Source: the human T2T-CHM13v2.0 reference genome, Homo sapiens
Length of the DNA: 64,000 nucleotides
Assembly (NCBI RefSeq): GCF_009914755.1
Contig: NC_060948.1
Strand: one strand, 5' to 3'
Shown here in pieces: positions 58,734-64,000 of this stretch. The notes below the pieces were generated by a model. It was not told where the DNA came from, ran no database searches, and saw only the letters and a program-made list of their open reading frames with translations. How positions within the stretch are numbered: position 1 is the stretch's first letter; the number at the start of each line of letters is the position of its first letter. A program made the position numbers and the translations under genes.

Positions 58734-61700
58734 CTTCAATAAATATATTGAAAAATATATATAGAAATATATAAAATGTAAAATGCCAGATATAACAGTC
58801 TGCATTCAAAGTATATAAGAAAAGTTGGGTGTGTTTTTGGTAAGAAAGTTTACAAAAAGTCATGAAAATGTACTTTTTTGTTAAAAGGAAAGTAACTTTT
58901 CCTAGTTTACAGATTTTTAAAAGTTGTTTACATTGAAGTAATAAAAGTAAACAAGCTTAATGCATATAGAAAGCTGGGGAAAGAAAGAAAATGGGAAAAA
59001 GTGTAATAGGTTATAAAAGGGTGTATGGAAATTTGATTGTGCATGCTCGAAGCTGATTGAAATTGGATGAATCTATTTATAAAGTTCTATTAAAATTAGC
59101 TTTAGCATTAATAATACACTAATGAAAAGATAGAACTTGGTTTTCTCTTTTGAATAAGATTTTTGTGTAATCTTAATAAAAGATGGTAAAATATTTTTAT
59201 CTATTAAATAAACTGCAAAAGAAAAGGGGAGAGAGTGAGATAGATTTTGATTGTTTGGGAAATTATTAATTTACAGTGACCTGTGATCTGATTTTGAGCA
59301 AGTGTTTTAAACTTTTGATATTTGATAACCTCCAAAATCAAATTTGAAAGTCTTAATTAGGTCTTTTTTACCTAAAATTAACATTGTAGATTTTAGGGCT
59401 CCTGGATGTCCAAAAGAGATGTATTAGGTTTATGTTGTATGTTAAAGTCATATGGGAAGCATTAACAAATAAAAAAATAGTGCTTAACTTATATAAGTGG
59501 GTTATTAATATGTATTTCAAAATTGTATGGGAGTCATACAATTCTATTATTTCTTAGTACATTTTATCAGAAATAATTATGATTATTATGTTAAATAATT
59601 GTATGCCACAGAAATAACCAAATTTCCTTGCCAACTGTGTCTTTAATCATGGATATTCTGAGTCTTTTCTCATACACAAGCAATTATTGTTTTATTTCAT
59701 TGTTTTTAAAAAGCAGTTTATAATTGACTAAAGTCTGTAATTTGCGGTTTCTTCAAGGAAATTCACGGAAAGAACCCTGAAAAATACTCTTCAATTTAGG
59801 TTCTGATAACTTTTGAGATCATACCACTGGATTGGGTAAAAACTTCCAGAACTCTAAAAAGTTGATGCTTTTATGAAGATTGCTAACCCAACATCTAGCA
59901 GAACAAGAGTTAATTACATGAGACTAAATTAATAGAGGACTGGAATAACATTGTTATGAGTTTTTTGATTGAAACATGCTGCTTATTTTTATATTTTGTT
60001 TTTCAGAGCCAAGAAACCTTTTTTCTTTTGAACTGTGTATAGCTAACAATTGGATAAAGTATACTTTTTGAGAAAAGTTGATACATTTATCTTTCTTTTT
60101 ATTTGATTTCTCCAAAATTTGGAAGCTATTTGGATTTTTAAATTTATGGCAATATAGTTATTTGAAGAAGTTTAGTAAGAGTATTTTTTCTTTTGTAAGA
60201 GTATAAAATTGTAGACACTGGCTACCAAGTCTTTGGTTAGAATGACATATTTTCAGATATGACCAAATATTTTTGAGGAAATGTGACTGAATTCATATAG
60301 CCAATGAAAAACTCCTTAGAAAGACTGCCTTCATATCTTGCCTACAAAGTTCCCTTACAAAGTTTGTGATCTCGCAGTAAGTAAAGTATGCCACTCTCTG
60401 ATATGTCCAGGATATTCATTCAAGATATTTTGGGACCTTAAGAGAAAAGGAATCCATTCAATTTATACAGAGAATATAGGCACAATGTGATGTGATTGTG
60501 ATTCTTTGACTTTACTTCCTACCTTGGAGGGTTTTAAAAATTTAACCTGTAAAGCTTTGCTTTAAAATTCCAGGAAAACCAACTTTAAAGAGCTTATATG
60601 GCCAGTCACAATTTTATGCTAAAAATTAGGCCAAGTATATTAGAACTGAAATTTACTTTTCAAATAAATTGGTCCTCTTATGTTTTATTCTTGGTAGAAT
60701 TGGGGAACTAGCGAGAGAAAAATTATATTTCAGGAAAACTCTATAGTACACCTGTTTGTAGACTTGTCCATTGTTTTTCAGTTTTTATTATTTTTCTACA
60801 ATTTAGACTGAATCATGCATTCTTCTCTGGCTACAAGTCTCCAACTAATGTTTTCAAATTTTCCTTCAATTTTTTTGACATGTGATCACTAGAAAATCAA
60901 ACTACTTTTCTTAAAGCCCTGCAAAGTGAAGCTAGACAACTTGATATAAACATCACAAGAAATCACCACGGCAACTGATACATAAACAGCTGTCATGCTG
61001 GCTGATATATCAACTACTCAGAAAGTTCAATTGAATATTTGCTTTGAGTTATTATCCAGAAAAATCTGTCAGCTTGCCACTGCAATCTGAATACGCTTCA
61101 GAGACTCTAGAAAAACAAGTCTATAGAGTACTCTGGACATTAACCTTTGTTTTTCTTGTTTCTATAGAAATGCTTCTTATTAAAGATCTGTTTTCTTGCA
61201 TGATATATACAGGCCTAGTCCATCTGCAATAGCATCTCCTGGAGTGGGACACAGCTGCCGAAATAAACTGATCTATTCTCAGGACTAAGAGACTGATTAA
61301 GAATGATATACATATATATATATAAATGTGCTGTTTTCTGCGTATCCTAATTTGGTTACTTTCTATTCCTTTGCCTTTTTTAATCTAATAAACTCTAACC
61401 AAAATATCTTCAATGCTATAAGCCTTACTTTAACATATAAAAGTTCTTAAAGTTTTAAAGTGGAAGCTGAAAGAAAATCAAAATATTTTACCCCAAAATA
61501 TATTTCTTTGATGTATTTTGAGACACCTGTTTAGAAATCCAGCAAAGAGAAGTAGAGAAGTAACCCTACAAAGTTGTCTTTTGTGGGGGCAGATTTGCAT
61601 CTGTAGAGAATCTGCATTGTTGCAGCCAGATTTTCTCTGAGGCCTCCTTTTATCCAGATCTAGGAAAGATTTACTGAAAGTCTGACACTTTTATAGGTCT

Positions 61701-62044
61701 GAAAAAAACAGTTATCATGTATTCTTTCTGAGGTCTGCTACCTGTGAAGTTTCATCTGCATAACAAGACCACTTTTGCTAGCTAAGCCTCCTCTTCTCTA
61801 CCTCCCATAACCTGTTTTGCCACCATAACCTGTTTTTTCAAATTCCAATCCCAATTCTTTCAGTAACATCAAGATGGTATTTAAGCTTCTGAACTCCATG
61901 AGGGGATTAGGATGTAATCACCCTGTGTTTCTCTCCCACATGCATATTAATAATTTTTATGCCCTTTCTCTAATTAATCAGACTTTTGCAAGTTGATTTT
62001 TTTCGTGGATCCTCGGAAGGCAAAGGAGAACTTTTTCTTTGACT

Positions 62045-62462
62045 TTTGTCCATTGTCAAACTGCTATAAATAAATACCTGAGACTCAGTAATTTCTAAGA
62101 AAAGAATTTTAATTGGCTCATGGTTCTGCAGGCTGTACAGAAAGCATAACAGCTTCTGATTCTCAGGAAGCCTCAGAAAGCTTCCAATCACATGGCAAAA
62201 GGTAAAGCGGGAGTGAGCTCTCTTACATGGCTGGAGCAAGAGATAGAGAGAGAGGAGGGAGGTGCTACACACTTTAAAAAAAAACAGATCTCATGAAAAC
62301 TCACTTACTACTGCCAAGAAAATACCAACGGGGGTGGTGTTAAATCATTCCTGAAAAACTGCCCCCCATGATCTAATCACCTCACACCAGGCCCCACTCC
62401 TAACACTGGAAATTACAACTCAACATGAGATTTGGGCGGGGGCACAGATCCAAACCATATCA
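62045..62462 (-). mobile_element. MSTA-like solo LTR
   Basis: actgctataaa.aaatacctgagact...cagatccaaaccatatca. Confidence 0.88.
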
Positions 62463-62779
62463 ACCCCTATGTTAGATTTTACTATACCCTTGAACATTGC
62501 TACCCACAGTTATCAGAATAAACATATGATCTTTAGAGTCTGCTTGAGAATCATTCATTGTTTATGTATACTTACTAAAAGCTCCTACGAAAAATTGAGA
62601 ATTGACTGTTTTAGTTGTGGGGTAATGAAAAAAAAACTGAAGAAGGAAAATATCAGACTAGCTATTTTATAGTAGATCCCAGTTCATCTTTAGAAGATAA
62701 TTTCTTAGCATGGATTAAATCATTCTATATATAAGAATTTATTGCTCTTACTAGAATCCCTTTATATAAAAAATGCCTA

Positions 62780-64000
62780 GACACAATGGCCAATCCAATA
62801 GCAATGAGCATTCTGAATCCCAGGACTGTGACATTTTAATACTATTTCTCATTTACTTAAACCAAACTTCCTGGATAAATGGTTGATTCAAGGTATAGAA
62901 TAGAAAATATACAAGATAAATCTGGAGTCCATTGGTATGCCAGAGAGCAATGAAGCTAACAAAGACTATGAATATCATCTCAAAAGGACTCTAGTTCCAA
63001 CTTAAATAGGTTCTTGTAGCCAAACAATATACAGTTCGAGCCTCAATAAAGATAAAAATTGAAACATATTGAGAACATCAAATACATATAAATCCATGAT
63101 TTTATAATGGCATGAAAAACAAGTGTTCACTTTTAAAAAGTGACAGAAGACTAATTATCTAAAAACTGTAAATAATGTTAAATAATCATACATTTAACCT
63201 ACCTTTCCTACATAAACTGTACCACTAGTTAATAAATTATTAGATTAAAAGTATCTCTATATAAAATTATTCTAGATTTAAAAGCAAACCATAATAAAAT
63301 TAAAATATTGCCATTTTGAATGCCCCCCAATGAATCTATGCATTGAAGATCAAAAGCTGCTCACATTTAAAAAAAGGTGAAAAACAGTCATATGCCTCCT
63401 GATGAAAGGACAAGACACCACCAATAGCCTTGTCACAGGGATTGCATCTGACTCTGATCACATTTTCTAATCCAGCTGCCATTTTGCAGAAAATACAGGG
63501 GAACTTACTGAACTGTACTATGATTACCAAGCAGAAAGCCCACACTGTAAAAACATTTACAAGTCAAACATAAGTTTTTAAACAAATAAATTGTAAGAAA
63601 GAAAAGAATGAAGAGAGGAAATCTATGGATAAATGTGATGTAAAACTTATATCATTTTTTAAATGGGGAAGCTTAAAGCTATAGTGTCTAGGGTTGCACA
63701 CGTGGGTAATAAAACCAAAAGACATGCAGGAAAGTGATTACTAAAATGTCAGAATGATGGTTACTTTTGGAAGGAAGAAAAAATTGTGATTGAGATGGGA
63801 CCAATGGAAAGACTTCTAGCATAACGTGAAAAGTTCCTTTTCTTGACCTGGGTGGTGGGTATAATGGTATTCACTTTGTAGTAATTATCTAAGATCATGT
63901 TATCCCTGGGGGAAATAGTGATTAGTAGAAAGCATAAGTAGGAATTCTGGGATGCTGGCCTGTATTCTGCTTCTTGATCTAAATGTGAATTACATGAGTG
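62780..64000 (+). mobile_element. Ancient L1MC-type 3' region
   Basis: acttcctggataaatggttgattc..., gaaagtgattacta.aa.gtcagaat..tggttac, tcttgacctgggtggtg. Confidence 0.7.

Overview
This is primate (human-like) genomic DNA: AT-rich, almost entirely interspersed repeats, with no intact protein-coding gene, RNA gene or CRISPR. It is dominated by LINE-1 of several ages (L1PA, L1PB, L1MA, L1MC-type), plus Alus, MaLR elements (THE1/MST/MLT), ERV1 LTRs (MER4, MER41, LTR10, MER34/39-group), DNA-transposon relics, L2 and MIR. The high L1 density is typical of the X chromosome or a gene desert (inference). The only gene-derived sequence I recognise is a 5'-truncated, disabled processed retrocopy of DLGAP5/HURP (10780-11845) with an AluJ in its 3'UTR. 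I found no new biological system. The interesting content is retrotransposition and DNA-repair history: two twin-primed inverted L1s, a TSD-bounded L1 3' transduction, an internally deleted L1 that keeps its promoter and ORF0, a 178-bp intra-L1 templated duplication, a perfect fold-back palindrome at an L1 breakpoint, re-use of one insertion site, and LTR-borne p53 and GAS motifs. Repeat subfamily names come from recalled consensus sequences and need RepeatMasker/Dfam confirmation.
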